NCBI GenBank assembly: GCA_036379875.1
Contig: DASVFV010000120.1
Span: 1,223 to 65,222, forward strand
Direction: 5' to 3'
Origin: Burkholderiales bacterium
Lineage (GTDB): Bacteria; Pseudomonadota; Gammaproteobacteria; Burkholderiales; SG8-39
Length of the DNA: 64,000 nucleotides
Shown: positions 55,470-64,000 of the stretch, piece after piece
Position numbering within the stretch: the first letter of the stretch is position 1
Layout: every line of letters begins with the position of its first letter
The notes under the pieces: model-generated
Database searches by the model: none
Told to the model about the DNA's origin: nothing
The model's input: only the letters and a program-made list of their open reading frames with translations
Position numbers and translations under genes: made by a program

Positions 55470-57379
55470 GCGCGCTCCCACGGCACCGCCAGCGCGTCCA
55501 CCGCCACCACGCCGTCGGCCTTCACGATGAGCGGGTTGATCTCGGCTTCGCGCACCGGCCGGCCCGCGACGAGCGCGAGGCGCGACAGCGCCGACACCGC
55601 GCGCGCGAGCGCGCGCACGTCGCCGCGCGGCAGATTGCGGTAGCCGCGGATCGCGGCCAGGCCTTTCACCTGCTCGATCATCTCGCCCGCCTCTCTCTCG
55701 TCCACCGGCGCGATGCGCAGCACGTAATCGCGGTAGATCTCGGTCATTACGCCGCCCGCCCCCACCAGCACCAACGGCCCGACCACCGGATCGTCTCGGT
55801 AGCCGACGATCGCTTCGGCGAGCCCGGATTGCATTGTTTGCGCGAGCAGGCGGTTTTGTCCCATCGCCTGAGCTTTTTTCACAAATTCGGCGTGACCTGC
55901 GATACCGAGGGCCACCCCGCCGCGCTCGGTCTTGTGCGCCTCCAGCCGCTTGAGCGCCACGGGGTACGGCAGATCGTGACGGAAGTCCGGCGCCTGCACC
56001 ATCGCCCATGGGGCGACCGGGATGCCGAGCGCCGCCAGCAGCTCGAAAGGATCGGTGGGCAGCGCGCCGGGCGCGGGCAAGGCCGGCGCGGCGCGCGGGG
56101 AGCGCCATGAGAGGAACGCCGCGACGCCGTCGGCGCACGCTTCGGGGGTACGGAACGCCGCGATGCCGGCGGAGGCCGCGAGCGCGAGCGAGCGGTCGGC
56201 CTGCGGCGTGAAGAACGCGACCACGGGCTTGGATTTTTCGCTCGCGACGATCGGATGCACGGCCACGTCGGGATGGAACTGCGCCGAGGAGCCGACGCAC
56301 GCGATCACGGCGTGGCAGTCGCTCTTCGAAGCCTTCGCGAGCGCCGCGCCGTAGTCCTGGGCGCCCGCCGCCATGGTGAGGTCCATCACCGGCACCGCGA
56401 GCTCGACGCCGCGCATGCCCAGCCGATCCACCACGCTCGCCGCGCCTCCGCCCGTGGTCGTGACCACCGCGACCTTGCCGACCGGGACGTCGAGCGGTTT
56501 TCGCCCCGCGAGCAGCGGCGGGATCTCGAGCAGCGTCTCGAGCATGTCGACGCGCACGATGCCGCAGTCGCGGAAGTAGGCGTCGAGCGCGGCGTCGCTG
56601 CCCGCGAGCGCGCCGGTATGCGACTTGGCCGCCGCTTCGCCGAGCGCCGAGCGGCCGAGCTTGTACGCCACGACGGGCTTCCCCGCATTGCGCGCGGCGC
56701 GCGCCAGGCGCTCGGCATCGCGCACCGTCTCGAGGAAGAGCAGGATCACCTTGGTGTGCGGATCCTCGGCGAGCAGCTCGACCAGCTCGCCCACCCCGAC
56801 GTCCGCCTCGTTGCCGACCGAAACGAGCTTGGCGAACCCCAGGCCGCGCGCCGCGCCGCGCGAGAGCAGCGTGCCGAGCATGGTGCCGCTCTGCGACACG
56901 ATGCTCGTGGTGCCTGCGGGCAGCGCGTCCATCTCGAGCACCGCGTTCACGCTCACCGCGAGCCCGCCCGGCACGTCGATCACGCCCATGCTGTTCGGGC
57001 CGAGCAGCCGCACGCCGAGCTCCCGCGCTCGAGCAACGAGTTTTCTCTGGCGTTGCAGACCATCGGGGCCGGCGTCGGCGAACCCGCCGCTGAAAATGCT
57101 CGCCACATTCACCCCGCGCCGCCCGCAGTCCTCGAGCGCCTGCTCCACGTCCTCGATCAGGATGTACGCGTGCTCGACCGGTTGCGGAACGTCCGACACG
57201 CGCGCGTACGCCTTCTCGCCGAAGATCTCCTTGCGCGTCGGGTTGATCGGAAAGACCTTGCCGGCGTAGCCGTGCTTCTTCAGGTAGCGCTGCGGCCTCG
57301 CGGTGTTCTTCGCCGCGTCGCCCGACGCGCCGATCAGGGCGACCGTCTTGGGCGCGAAGAGCGCTTGCGCGAGACTCAC
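55466..57379 (-). CDS. ADP-forming acyl-CoA synthetase (fused CoA-binding/ATP-grasp, acetate--CoA ligase family)
   Basis: GTG start. VALIGASGDAAKNTARP...GPNSMGVI...SQSGTM motifs of NDP-forming acyl-CoA synthetases. Confidence 0.88.
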   Translation of the reverse strand: MSLAQALFAPKTVALIGASGDAAKNTARPQRYLKKHGYAGKVFPINPTRKEIFGEKAYARVSDVPQPVEHAYILIEDVEQALEDCGRRGVNVASIFSGGFADAGPDGLQRQRKLVARARELGVRLLGPNSMGVIDVPGGLAVSVNAVLEMDALPAGTTSIVSQSGTMLGTLLSRGAARGLGFAKLVSVGNEADVGVGELVELLAEDPHTKVILLFLETVRDAERLARAARNAGKPVVAYKLGRSALGEAAAKSHTGALAGSDAALDAYFRDCGIVRVDMLETLLEIPPLLAGRKPLDVPVGKVAVVTTTGGGAASVVDRLGMRGVELAVPVMDLTMAAGAQDYGAALAKASKSDCHAVIACVGSSAQFHPDVAVHPIVASEKSKPVVAFFTPQADRSLALAASAGIAAFRTPEACADGVAAFLSWRSPRAAPALPAPGALPTDPFELLAALGIPVAPWAMVQAPDFRHDLPYPVALKRLEAHKTERGGVALGIAGHAEFVKKAQAMGQNRLLAQTMQSGLAEAIVGYRDDPVVGPLVLVGAGGVMTEIYRDYVLRIAPVDEREAGEMIEQVKGLAAIRGYRNLPRGDVRALARAVSALSRLALVAGRPVREAEINPLIVKADGVVAVDALAVPWERA

Positions 57380-57389
57380 TGCCGGTTTG

Positions 57390-57500
57390 CCCCCCTGACA
57401 AGGGGGGAAGCGAGCGGGTTTTTCGCGAGCGGGGGGGTTCGTTTTTTTAAAGTAAAACCCCCCGCTCGCCTGCGGCTCACGACCCCCTTGTCAGGGGGTC
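57390..57500. repeat. Nested palindromic intergenic element (three hairpins)
   Basis: Hairpin A is CCCCCC-TGACAA-GGGGGG (57390-407). Hairpin B is GCGAGCGGGGGGGTT-16 nt AT-rich loop-AACCCCCCGCTCGC (57425-69). Hairpin A' is GACCCCC-TTGTCA-GGGGGTC (57481-500), the inverse of A. Confidence 0.85.
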
Positions 57501-57506
57501 GGCAGG

Positions 57507-58739
57507 TCATTGCAGTTGCCAAAGATTCTTCAGCACTTCGCGCGCCTTCGCCTCGCCGATCACCGGCGTGACGAGCTCGAAGTACTTCTCCTCCAGCGCG
57601 CGGTCGGAGAGCGGCGCTTCGGGATCGCCGACGCGCGTGGGCTGCAGGAATTCCTCGCGCTTGCCGCGCGCCCGGATCGCCACGCGCGCCTGGCGCTTGT
57701 GCGGAAACGCCGCCTCGAGCTCGGGATCCACCGTGACGGAGGTTTTTTGCATCACCCGCTTCGTGGTTTCATCCGACAGCCGCTCCGGGGAAAAGGCGGC
57801 GAGGCGCACGGAGCCATGCGTGAGCGCAGTCGCGACGACGTACTTGAGCGAGAAGCGCCCTTCGGCCGGCGTAGTCGGGTTCTCGTAGCCTGCCACCTCG
57901 ACGCCCGCCTTGTACGTGGCCACCTCGATCTTCTCGATGTCCTCGGGCCTGAGCTGCATGCGCTTCTTCAGCTCGAGCGCGCCGTCGATCGCGGCGAAGG
58001 TGTGGCCGCAGCAGGCGTGGTTCTTGAACGTCATGCGCGTGATGTGGAAGTCGTTGCCGAGCGTCGCGAGGCCCTTTTCCCAGTCTGGCTTGTCGCCCAT
58101 CGCGGCGGCAAAGCCGGCCATCACGTCGAGCGAGCCCGTCACGCCTTCGCGCGCCATGAGCGCGGCGGTGACGCCGGCTTCGGCGGCGCGCCCGGCGTGC
58201 AAGGGCTTCGACATCGAGTCCATGCGGAACGCCTGCTGCAGGCCGGCGGCGAACGTGGTCACCGTCGCGAGCGCGTGCGCGAACTGTTCCTTATTGAGCT
58301 CCAGGGCCTCCGCGGCCGCGGCCGCCGCGCCGAAGCAGCCGATCGTGCCGGTGTTGTGCCAGTGCTTGTAGTGCGCCTTCCCCATCGCCGCGCCGATGCG
58401 CGTGGAGATTTCGTAGCCGACCACGACCGGCCTCAGCTTCTCGCTGAGCGCCCTTGCCGCAGCGATGGTCGGTGCGCCGGGGTGATAGATCCCGTCGCGG
58501 AAGATGTCATCGACCTCGACCGTATGCGCCGCGGTGCCATTGATGAGCGCCGTCAGCCTTGCCGAATTCTCATTCTTGAAAGCCTTCTGCATCAGCGTGA
58601 CGGGCGGCACTACCAGACCGGGGTAGAGCGCCGCGTGCCAGTCGATCACCGCGCGGCGGGCGTGGTGTACGACGTTCTTCTCCAGGGGAATGTTGCGAAA
58701 AGAGACTGCCCAGTCCGCGAATTTCTCGACCAGGTGCAT
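57507..58739 (-). CDS. MmgE/PrpD-family protein
   Basis: 410 aa from ATG 58739. AHTVEVDD...WHNTGTIG...KNHACCGHTFAAIDG are typical PrpD-family motifs. Confidence 0.88.
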   Translation of the reverse strand: MHLVEKFADWAVSFRNIPLEKNVVHHARRAVIDWHAALYPGLVVPPVTLMQKAFKNENSARLTALINGTAAHTVEVDDIFRDGIYHPGAPTIAAARALSEKLRPVVVGYEISTRIGAAMGKAHYKHWHNTGTIGCFGAAAAAAEALELNKEQFAHALATVTTFAAGLQQAFRMDSMSKPLHAGRAAEAGVTAALMAREGVTGSLDVMAGFAAAMGDKPDWEKGLATLGNDFHITRMTFKNHACCGHTFAAIDGALELKKRMQLRPEDIEKIEVATYKAGVEVAGYENPTTPAEGRFSLKYVVATALTHGSVRLAAFSPERLSDETTKRVMQKTSVTVDPELEAAFPHKRQARVAIRARGKREEFLQPTRVGDPEAPLSDRALEEKYFELVTPVIGEAKAREVLKNLWQLQ

Positions 58740-59923
58740 CAGTTCAGCGCCTGGCCGGCGGCGGCGATGCGCTTGCACGCCTCCTCGAGGTTGGCGAGCG
58801 CGCTCGCGAACGAGACGCGGAAGTACGGCGACAGGCCGTAGCCCGCGCCGTTCGGCAGCGCCACGCCGTGCTCGAGCAGATGCGCCGTCACGTCGGCGTC
58901 GGTCTTGATGTTGCGCTTGCCGATCCAGCCCGCGCACGACACGTAGACGTAGAACGCGCCGTGCGGCGGCTCGCACGCGAGGCCGGGAATCGCGTTCAGG
59001 CGCGGCACGATGAAGTCGCGCCGGTCCTGGAACTCCTTGCAGCGCTGGCGCACGATGTCCATCGGGCCGTTCAGCGCCGCGACCGCGGCGGCCTGCGTGA
59101 CCGAGGAAGGGTTGAGCGAGCTCTGGCCCTGCATGCGCGCCATGGCGCGGATCAGCTCGACCGGCCCGCACGCATAGCCGAGCCGCCAGCCGGTCATGGC
59201 GAAAGTCTTGGATACGCCGTTCACGGTGAGCGTGCGCGAAGCGAGCTGCGGTGCGACCTGCGCGAGCGTGGCGAACGGCCGGCCGTCGAACAGCACGTGC
59301 TCGTACATGTCGTCGCTGATCGCCCACACCGACGGATGGCGCTCGAGCACCGCGGCGAGCGCGCGCAGCTCCTCGGCGGTGTAGACCGCGCCGCTCGGGT
59401 TGGACGGCGAATTGAGCATCAGCCACTTGGTTTTCGGCGTGATCGCCTTGTCGAGCGCGGCAGGGCGGAGCTTGAATCCGTCCTCCGCTCGCGTCGGAAT
59501 CCACACCGGAACGCCCTCGCAAAAATGCGTGATGTCGGCGTACGCGACCCACGAAGGCGCGGGAATCAGCACCTCGTCGCCCGGGTCGAGCGTGGCCATG
59601 AGCGCGTTGTAGAGCACCTGCTTGCCGCCGGCGCCGGCCGAGACATTGGCGGGCTGGCACTCCAGGCCGTTCTCGCGCCGGAACTTGGCCGCGATCGCCT
59701 CCTTGAGGGCGGGCGTGCCGTCGACCGGGGTGTAGTGCGTCTGGCCGGCGTGCATCGCCCGGTATGCGGCCTCGATCACGTGGTCGGGCGTGTTGAAGTC
59801 GGGCTCGCCCTGCGCGAGCTCGACGATGCTCTTGCCCGCGGCGCGCAGCTCGCGCGCGCGCTGCGCGGCGGCCGCCGAGGCCGAGATGCGAGCCCGGGCG
59901 GCCCGTGCGGACAGAAAACCCAT
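58739..59923 (-). CDS. Class I/II pyridoxal-phosphate aminotransferase (aspartate aminotransferase-like)
   Basis: 394 aa from ATG 59923. GEPDFNTP, NSPSNPSG and the SKTFAMTGWRLGY PLP-lysine motif. Confidence 0.9.
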   Translation of the reverse strand: MGFLSARAARARISASAAAAQRARELRAAGKSIVELAQGEPDFNTPDHVIEAAYRAMHAGQTHYTPVDGTPALKEAIAAKFRRENGLECQPANVSAGAGGKQVLYNALMATLDPGDEVLIPAPSWVAYADITHFCEGVPVWIPTRAEDGFKLRPAALDKAITPKTKWLMLNSPSNPSGAVYTAEELRALAAVLERHPSVWAISDDMYEHVLFDGRPFATLAQVAPQLASRTLTVNGVSKTFAMTGWRLGYACGPVELIRAMARMQGQSSLNPSSVTQAAAVAALNGPMDIVRQRCKEFQDRRDFIVPRLNAIPGLACEPPHGAFYVYVSCAGWIGKRNIKTDADVTAHLLEHGVALPNGAGYGLSPYFRVSFASALANLEEACKRIAAAGQALN

Positions 59924-59960
59924 CGGAACGGCGAGTTTACCGTCCGGTCCCAGACAATGC

Positions 59961-61385
59961 ATGGAAGCGATTCGAACTGACATCCCGGCGCGGCTTGACC
60001 GCCTGCCATGGTCCGCCTGGCACTGGCGCGTGGTGATCGCGCTCGGCGTGAGCTGGCTGCTCGACGGGCTGGAGGTGACGGTGGTCGGCTCGCTCGGCCC
60101 GGCGCTGCAGCGTCCGGAAACGCTCGGCCTGTCGGCGGGCGAGATCGGCTGGGCGGCTTCGGCGTACATCGGCGGCGCGGTGCTGGGCGCGCTCTACTTC
60201 GGCCGCCTCGCCGACAAGCTGGGCCGCAAGCGCATGTTCCTCGTCACCCTGGTCGTGTACCTGATCGCCACGGTCCTCACTGCGTTCACCTGGGACCTCT
60301 ACTCGTTCGCGTTCTGCCGCTTCGTCACCGGCTTCGGCATCGGCGGGGAGTACGCGGCGATCAACTCGGCGATCGACGAGCTCATCCCGGCGCGGCTGCG
60401 CGGGCGCGTGGATCTCGCGATCAACGGCACCTTCTGGATCGGCGCGGCCATGGGCGCCGGCCTGTCGATCCTGCTGCTGAATCCGAGCTACATCGGACCC
60501 GAATACGGCTGGCGCATCGCCTTCGGCCTGGGCGGGATCCTCGCCTTCGCGATCCTGCTCGTACGGCGGCATGTCCCCGAGAGCCCGCGCTGGCTGCTCA
60601 TGCATGGACGGCACGACGAGGCGCAGGCCGTGGTGCGGCGCATTGAAGATGAAGTCGGCGTCACGCACCCCGCGGAAGGCTCGCTGGCCATCCGCCCGCT
60701 GCGCTCGATTCCATGGAGCGACGTGTTCCACGTGCTGATGGTGCGCCACCGCTCGCGCGCCATCTTCGGACTGACGCTGATGGCGTCGCAGGCCTTCTTC
60801 TACAACGCGATCTTCTTCACCTACGCGCTGGTGCTCGCGCGCTTCTACGGCATCGCCGACGACCGCGTCGGCTACTACATCTTCCCCTTCGCGCTCGGCA
60901 ACTTCCTCGGCCCGCTGGTCCTCGGCCATCTGTTCGACAGCGTCGGGCGGCGCTTCATGATCGCGGCCACCTACGCGGTGGCGGGCATCGGGCTGCTCGC
61001 CAGCGGCTACGCGTTCAGCCAGGAATGGCTCACCCCCACCACCCAGGCGCTCGCGTGGTCGGCGATCTTCTTCGTCGCCTCCGCCGCGGCGAGCTCCGCC
61101 TACCTCACGGTGAGCGAGGTGTTCCCGCTGGAGATGCGCGCGGTCTCGATCTCGCTCTTCTACGCCGCCGGCACCGCGCTCGGCGGCTTCCTCGGCCCGC
61201 CGCTCTACGGCGCGATGATCGAGAGCGGCAGCCGCAGCGCGCTGTTCGGCGCCTATGCGTTCGCCGCGCTGCTGATGGTCGTGGCCGCGCTCGTTACGCT
61301 CTTTCTCGGCGTGGACGCGGAGCGCAAGCCGCTCGAGGAAGTCTGCGCGCCGCTCGGCAGCGATCCGAAACGCGCGCTCCCGTAG
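59961..61385 (+). CDS. MFS transporter (metabolite:H+ symporter-like)
   Basis: 474 aa from ATG 59961. GRLADKLGRKR loop motif and about 12 transmembrane segments. Confidence 0.9.
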   Translation: MEAIRTDIPARLDRLPWSAWHWRVVIALGVSWLLDGLEVTVVGSLGPALQRPETLGLSAGEIGWAASAYIGGAVLGALYFGRLADKLGRKRMFLVTLVVYLIATVLTAFTWDLYSFAFCRFVTGFGIGGEYAAINSAIDELIPARLRGRVDLAINGTFWIGAAMGAGLSILLLNPSYIGPEYGWRIAFGLGGILAFAILLVRRHVPESPRWLLMHGRHDEAQAVVRRIEDEVGVTHPAEGSLAIRPLRSIPWSDVFHVLMVRHRSRAIFGLTLMASQAFFYNAIFFTYALVLARFYGIADDRVGYYIFPFALGNFLGPLVLGHLFDSVGRRFMIAATYAVAGIGLLASGYAFSQEWLTPTTQALAWSAIFFVASAAASSAYLTVSEVFPLEMRAVSISLFYAAGTALGGFLGPPLYGAMIESGSRSALFGAYAFAALLMVVAALVTLFLGVDAERKPLEEVCAPLGSDPKRALP

Positions 61386-61423
61386 TCATGGGACGGCGCG
61401 CATGCTGATTAAGATCGTGGGTG

Positions 61424-61768
61424 ATGCGACTCGCCGACATCGCGCCGGAGCTGGTTAGCGAGCTGACCACCGGATTGGTCGCCCAAGGCCGGCTCGATCT
61501 CGCCAAGCAACTGGAGGCAGTCGAGATCCTGCGGTGCAACTACGACGAATTTGCCGACGCCGGCACCATCTATCTCGTGCGTCCACGCCCGAGCTGGTAC
61601 TACGAGAAACTGTCCGCGCCGGTAAAAGAAACCATCGGCATCGGCGATTCGGACCTGCCGCTCAATGTCGACGTGGACCATGACGGCCATCTTTTTGGAA
61701 TCGAATTCATCGGTCGTGCCGACATTGTGGCCGCGCTCCAGCCCTATCTAACTCGGGGACGGAGTTAG
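61424..61768 (+). CDS. DUF2283-like small protein
   Basis: YDEFADAGTIYL...NVDVDHDGHLFGIEFIG resembles DUF2283 (recognised from memory). The stop TAG lies inside the REP. Confidence 0.5.
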   Translation: MRLADIAPELVSELTTGLVAQGRLDLAKQLEAVEILRCNYDEFADAGTIYLVRPRPSWYYEKLSAPVKETIGIGDSDLPLNVDVDHDGHLFGIEFIGRADIVAALQPYLTRGRS

Positions 61769-61804
61769 GGCTCCGTCCCCATCGGAGTTAGGGCTCCGTC
61801 CCCC
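61755..61804. repeat. REP family A, compact hairpin plus a second right-arm copy
   Basis: GGGGACGGAG-TTAGGG-CTCCGTCCCC at 61755-80, then ATCGGAG + TTAGGGCTCCGTCCCCC at 61781-804, between convergent genes. Confidence 0.85.
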
Positions 61805-61807
61805 AAT

Positions 61808-64000
61808 TCAGGCGGCGCGCATCGCGCCGCGGCGGTTGTCCTGGAGGGCGCTGCGGATAGCGAAGACCAGCTTGTCGGCGTCGATCGGCTTGTCGACGCG
61901 GTCGGCGAAGCCGGCGGCGAGGAGCTTGTCGCGCTCGACCTGGGTGAAGGCGGTGAGCGCGATGGCGGGGATGTAGCGCTCGGTACCGAGCGCCATCTCG
62001 AGCGCGCGCACGCGGCGCAAGGCCTCGAAGCCGTCCTCGCCGGGCATCGCGAGGTCGATGAGCAGGATGTCCGGCCGCCTGGCGGGCAGCGCCTGCTCGA
62101 GCATGGCGGCGAGCTCGGCGGCGCTGGTGGCGTTGCGCACCGTCGCGCCGCAGTGGCGCAGCGTGAGGGTCGCGACCTCGTGCGCGTCGGGGTCGTCGTC
62201 CAGCACCCAGATCTGCATGCCGGAGAGCGCGCCCTCGTTGGAGCCGCGCCGCTCCACGAGCTTCGGCCCGCTCGGCCGCAGCGCGCTGGCCGGCGCGGCG
62301 GGCATCTCGACGGTGAAGGTCGAGCCGCGGCCCACGCCCGCGCTGTCGGCGCGCACCTGCCCGCCGTGCAGCAGCGCGATATGGCGCACCAGCGCGAGGC
62401 CGATGCCGAGGCCGCCGGCGTGCCGCGCGGCCGAAGTGTCGGCCTGGCTGAAGCGGTCGAACACGTGCGGCAGGAATTCCGGCGCGATGCCGATGCCGTT
62501 GTCCTTCACGAGCAGCTGCACGCGCTCGGCGTTCTTCAGCAGCACCACGGCGATGGCGCCGCGCTCCGGGGTGAACTTGACCGCGTTCGACAGCAGGTTG
62601 GAGACCAGCTGCTGCAGGCGCCCGCCGTCGCCGACCACCATGATGCTCGCGTCGTCGGGGGTGAAGCGCAAATCGATCTGCTTGGCGGCCGCGCCCGGGC
62701 GCGCCGCGTCGAGGGCGGCGAGCACGATTTCCACCAGGTTCACCACGCGCCGCTCGATGGTCAGCTTGCCCGACACGATGCGCGAGGTGTCGAGCAGGTC
62801 GTCGATCAGGCGCGTCTGGTGGTCGACGTTGCGCTTGATGGCTTTGGCCGCCCTGTCGACGAGCGACGGCTCCAAAGGCCGCGTGGTAGCCATCAGGTGG
62901 CTCCACCCGCGCAGCGCGTTGAGCGGCGAGCGCAGCTCGTGCGACACGATGGCGAGGAACTCGTCCTTCGCGCGGTTGGCGCGCTCGGCCTCGGCGCGCA
63001 GGCGCTGCTCGGCGACCACCAGCTTCTCGAGGTCGCGCTGCGCCTGCTTGCGCTCGGTGATGTCGGTCGCCACGCCGATCAGGCCGATCACGCGGCCCTG
63101 CTCGTCGCGCAGCGGCGACTTGGTGGTGAGGTACGTATGCTGGGCGATCGTTTCCTCGAGGATCATGGTCTCGCCCGCCTCGAGCACCAGCTTCTCGTTC
63201 TCGTCCAGGCCGGCGGTTTCGCGCATCTCATCCCCATCCCCGAGGGTCCGGCCCACGGCCTTGAGCCAGGCCGGGTTCGCCATCAGCATGTGCCCGTCGC
63301 GGTCCTTGGCGAAGATCAGGTCCGGCGTGCTGGTGGTGATCGCGTTCAGCAATGCGTTGCGCTCCCGCAGGGCGGCGGAAGCGCGCTCCAGGGCGGCGGT
63401 GCGGCGCACCACGCGCTCATCGAGCTCCGTGTAGGCCTCGCGCATCGCGCGCTCGGCCTGGCGCTGCGCCGCGGCCTCGCGCAGCACCAGCACCGCGCCG
63501 ACCAGGCTGTCGGAGGCGTCGACGATCGGCGCCGCGTTGGCGTGCACCGGATGCACCTTGCCGTCGCGCGCGCGTAGCGCCGGCTCGCCGGGCGCGGAGG
63601 TGGTGGCGCGCGTCTTGAGCGCGGTCTTGAGCGGGTTGGGCAGCGCGTTGCGCTTGCCGCGCTCGTCGAAGAGCTGCAGCAGCTCGTCGATCGGCAGCCC
63701 GGCCGCCTCGCTCGCGCGCCAGCCGGTGAGGCGCTGCGCCGCCGCGTTCAGGAAGCGCACCCGCCCCTCGCGGTCGGTGGCGATCACGCCGTCGCCGATC
63801 GCGGTGAGCGTGACCTGCAGCCACTCGCGCGTCTCGCCGGCCTGCTCCTCGGCCTGCGCGCGCTTGCGCTCGTGGTCCTCCAGCGTGCGCGCCACCCACA
63901 GCACCAGCGCGCCGAACGCGGCGATCATCACGGTGGTGAAGAGCGCCATGCCGACCGCCTCGCCGAACAGGCCTTCGCGCTCCGCGAACAGGCGCGTCCA
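61808..64000 (-). CDS. Hybrid sensor histidine kinase/response regulator with PAS domains (5' end possibly outside window)
   Basis: Two PAS-like regions, H-box SHELRSPLNAL, N/G boxes (NLLSNAVKFT, DNGIGI, GGLGIGLALV) and a C-terminal receiver (LIDLAMPGEDG). The frame stays open upstream of Met 63949 to the window edge. Confidence 0.88.
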   Translation of the reverse strand, partial: WTRLFAEREGLFGEAVGMALFTTVMIAAFGALVLWVARTLEDHERKRAQAEEQAGETREWLQVTLTAIGDGVIATDREGRVRFLNAAAQRLTGWRASEAAGLPIDELLQLFDERGKRNALPNPLKTALKTRATTSAPGEPALRARDGKVHPVHANAAPIVDASDSLVGAVLVLREAAAQRQAERAMREAYTELDERVVRRTAALERASAALRERNALLNAITTSTPDLIFAKDRDGHMLMANPAWLKAVGRTLGDGDEMRETAGLDENEKLVLEAGETMILEETIAQHTYLTTKSPLRDEQGRVIGLIGVATDITERKQAQRDLEKLVVAEQRLRAEAERANRAKDEFLAIVSHELRSPLNALRGWSHLMATTRPLEPSLVDRAAKAIKRNVDHQTRLIDDLLDTSRIVSGKLTIERRVVNLVEIVLAALDAARPGAAAKQIDLRFTPDDASIMVVGDGGRLQQLVSNLLSNAVKFTPERGAIAVVLLKNAERVQLLVKDNGIGIAPEFLPHVFDRFSQADTSAARHAGGLGIGLALVRHIALLHGGQVRADSAGVGRGSTFTVEMPAAPASALRPSGPKLVERRGSNEGALSGMQIWVLDDDPDAHEVATLTLRHCGATVRNATSAAELAAMLEQALPARRPDILLIDLAMPGEDGFEALRRVRALEMALGTERYIPAIALTAFTQVERDKLLAAGFADRVDKPIDADKLVFAIRSALQDNRRGAMRAA

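Noticed and set aside
61765-61793. TTAGGG hexamers (telomere-like) repeated in the family-A elements.
   Set aside because: They occur only as the loop or arm of the REP hairpin, not as tandem arrays, so this is a coincidental match.

Overview
This is a 64-kb, densely coding chromosomal segment. It looks very GC-rich (about two-thirds G+C with strong GC3 bias, judged by eye, not computed). The gene content is aat-bpt-pyrD, fdx-nth, two orphan Bug/TctC-type binding proteins, a mono-haem cytochrome c pair and an Mla-like module. This suggests a Betaproteobacterium of Burkholderiales/Rhodocyclales type, which is inference only.

I support about 75 protein-coding genes. Many real starts are GTG or TTG, and many genes are coupled by 4-nt ATGA/GTGA start/stop overlaps. 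I used these overlaps to trim ORF-track entries that carry spurious N-terminal extensions. I recognised no rRNA, tRNA, CRISPR array, transposase, integrase or phage gene.

Most very long Arg/Ala/Gly/Pro-rich ORFs in the track are shadow frames of real genes. Motif coordinates were hand-counted and cross-checked against ORF-track start and stop positions.

Non-coding structure:
- Three related REP-like palindrome families share a GGGGAC/GTCCCC core and sit at gene 3' ends. Several of them supply the stop codon of the upstream gene.
- An 81-bp element with perfect arms (27-27-27) lies at 20574-20654.
- A 26-bp half-REP is tandemly triplicated at 29353-29430.
- A nested palindromic element lies inside a catabolic operon at 57390-57500.
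- Two TCACA-N3-TGTGA operator-like palindromes lie at 13829-13905.

Best candidates for something undescribed:
1. A six-gene operon at 24160-29352. It encodes a divergent PurD-like ATP-grasp enzyme, a DUF4184 membrane protein, an MlaE-type permease, an MlaF-like subunit with every catalytic ABC motif degenerate, a long MCE protein and a TPR lipoprotein. A 677-aa Cys-rich secreted orphan is transcribed divergently from it.
2. A CelD-like GNAT divergent from a lipoprotein built of about ten D-x-x-G-[NDA]-D-x-Y repeats.
3. An AT-richer islet at 41.4-44.4 kb with at least four frameshifts across three consecutive genes.
4. A CoA-dependent catabolic cluster of unknown substrate at 50.9-59.9 kb.

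All functional calls come from reading the translations by eye. No searches were run.
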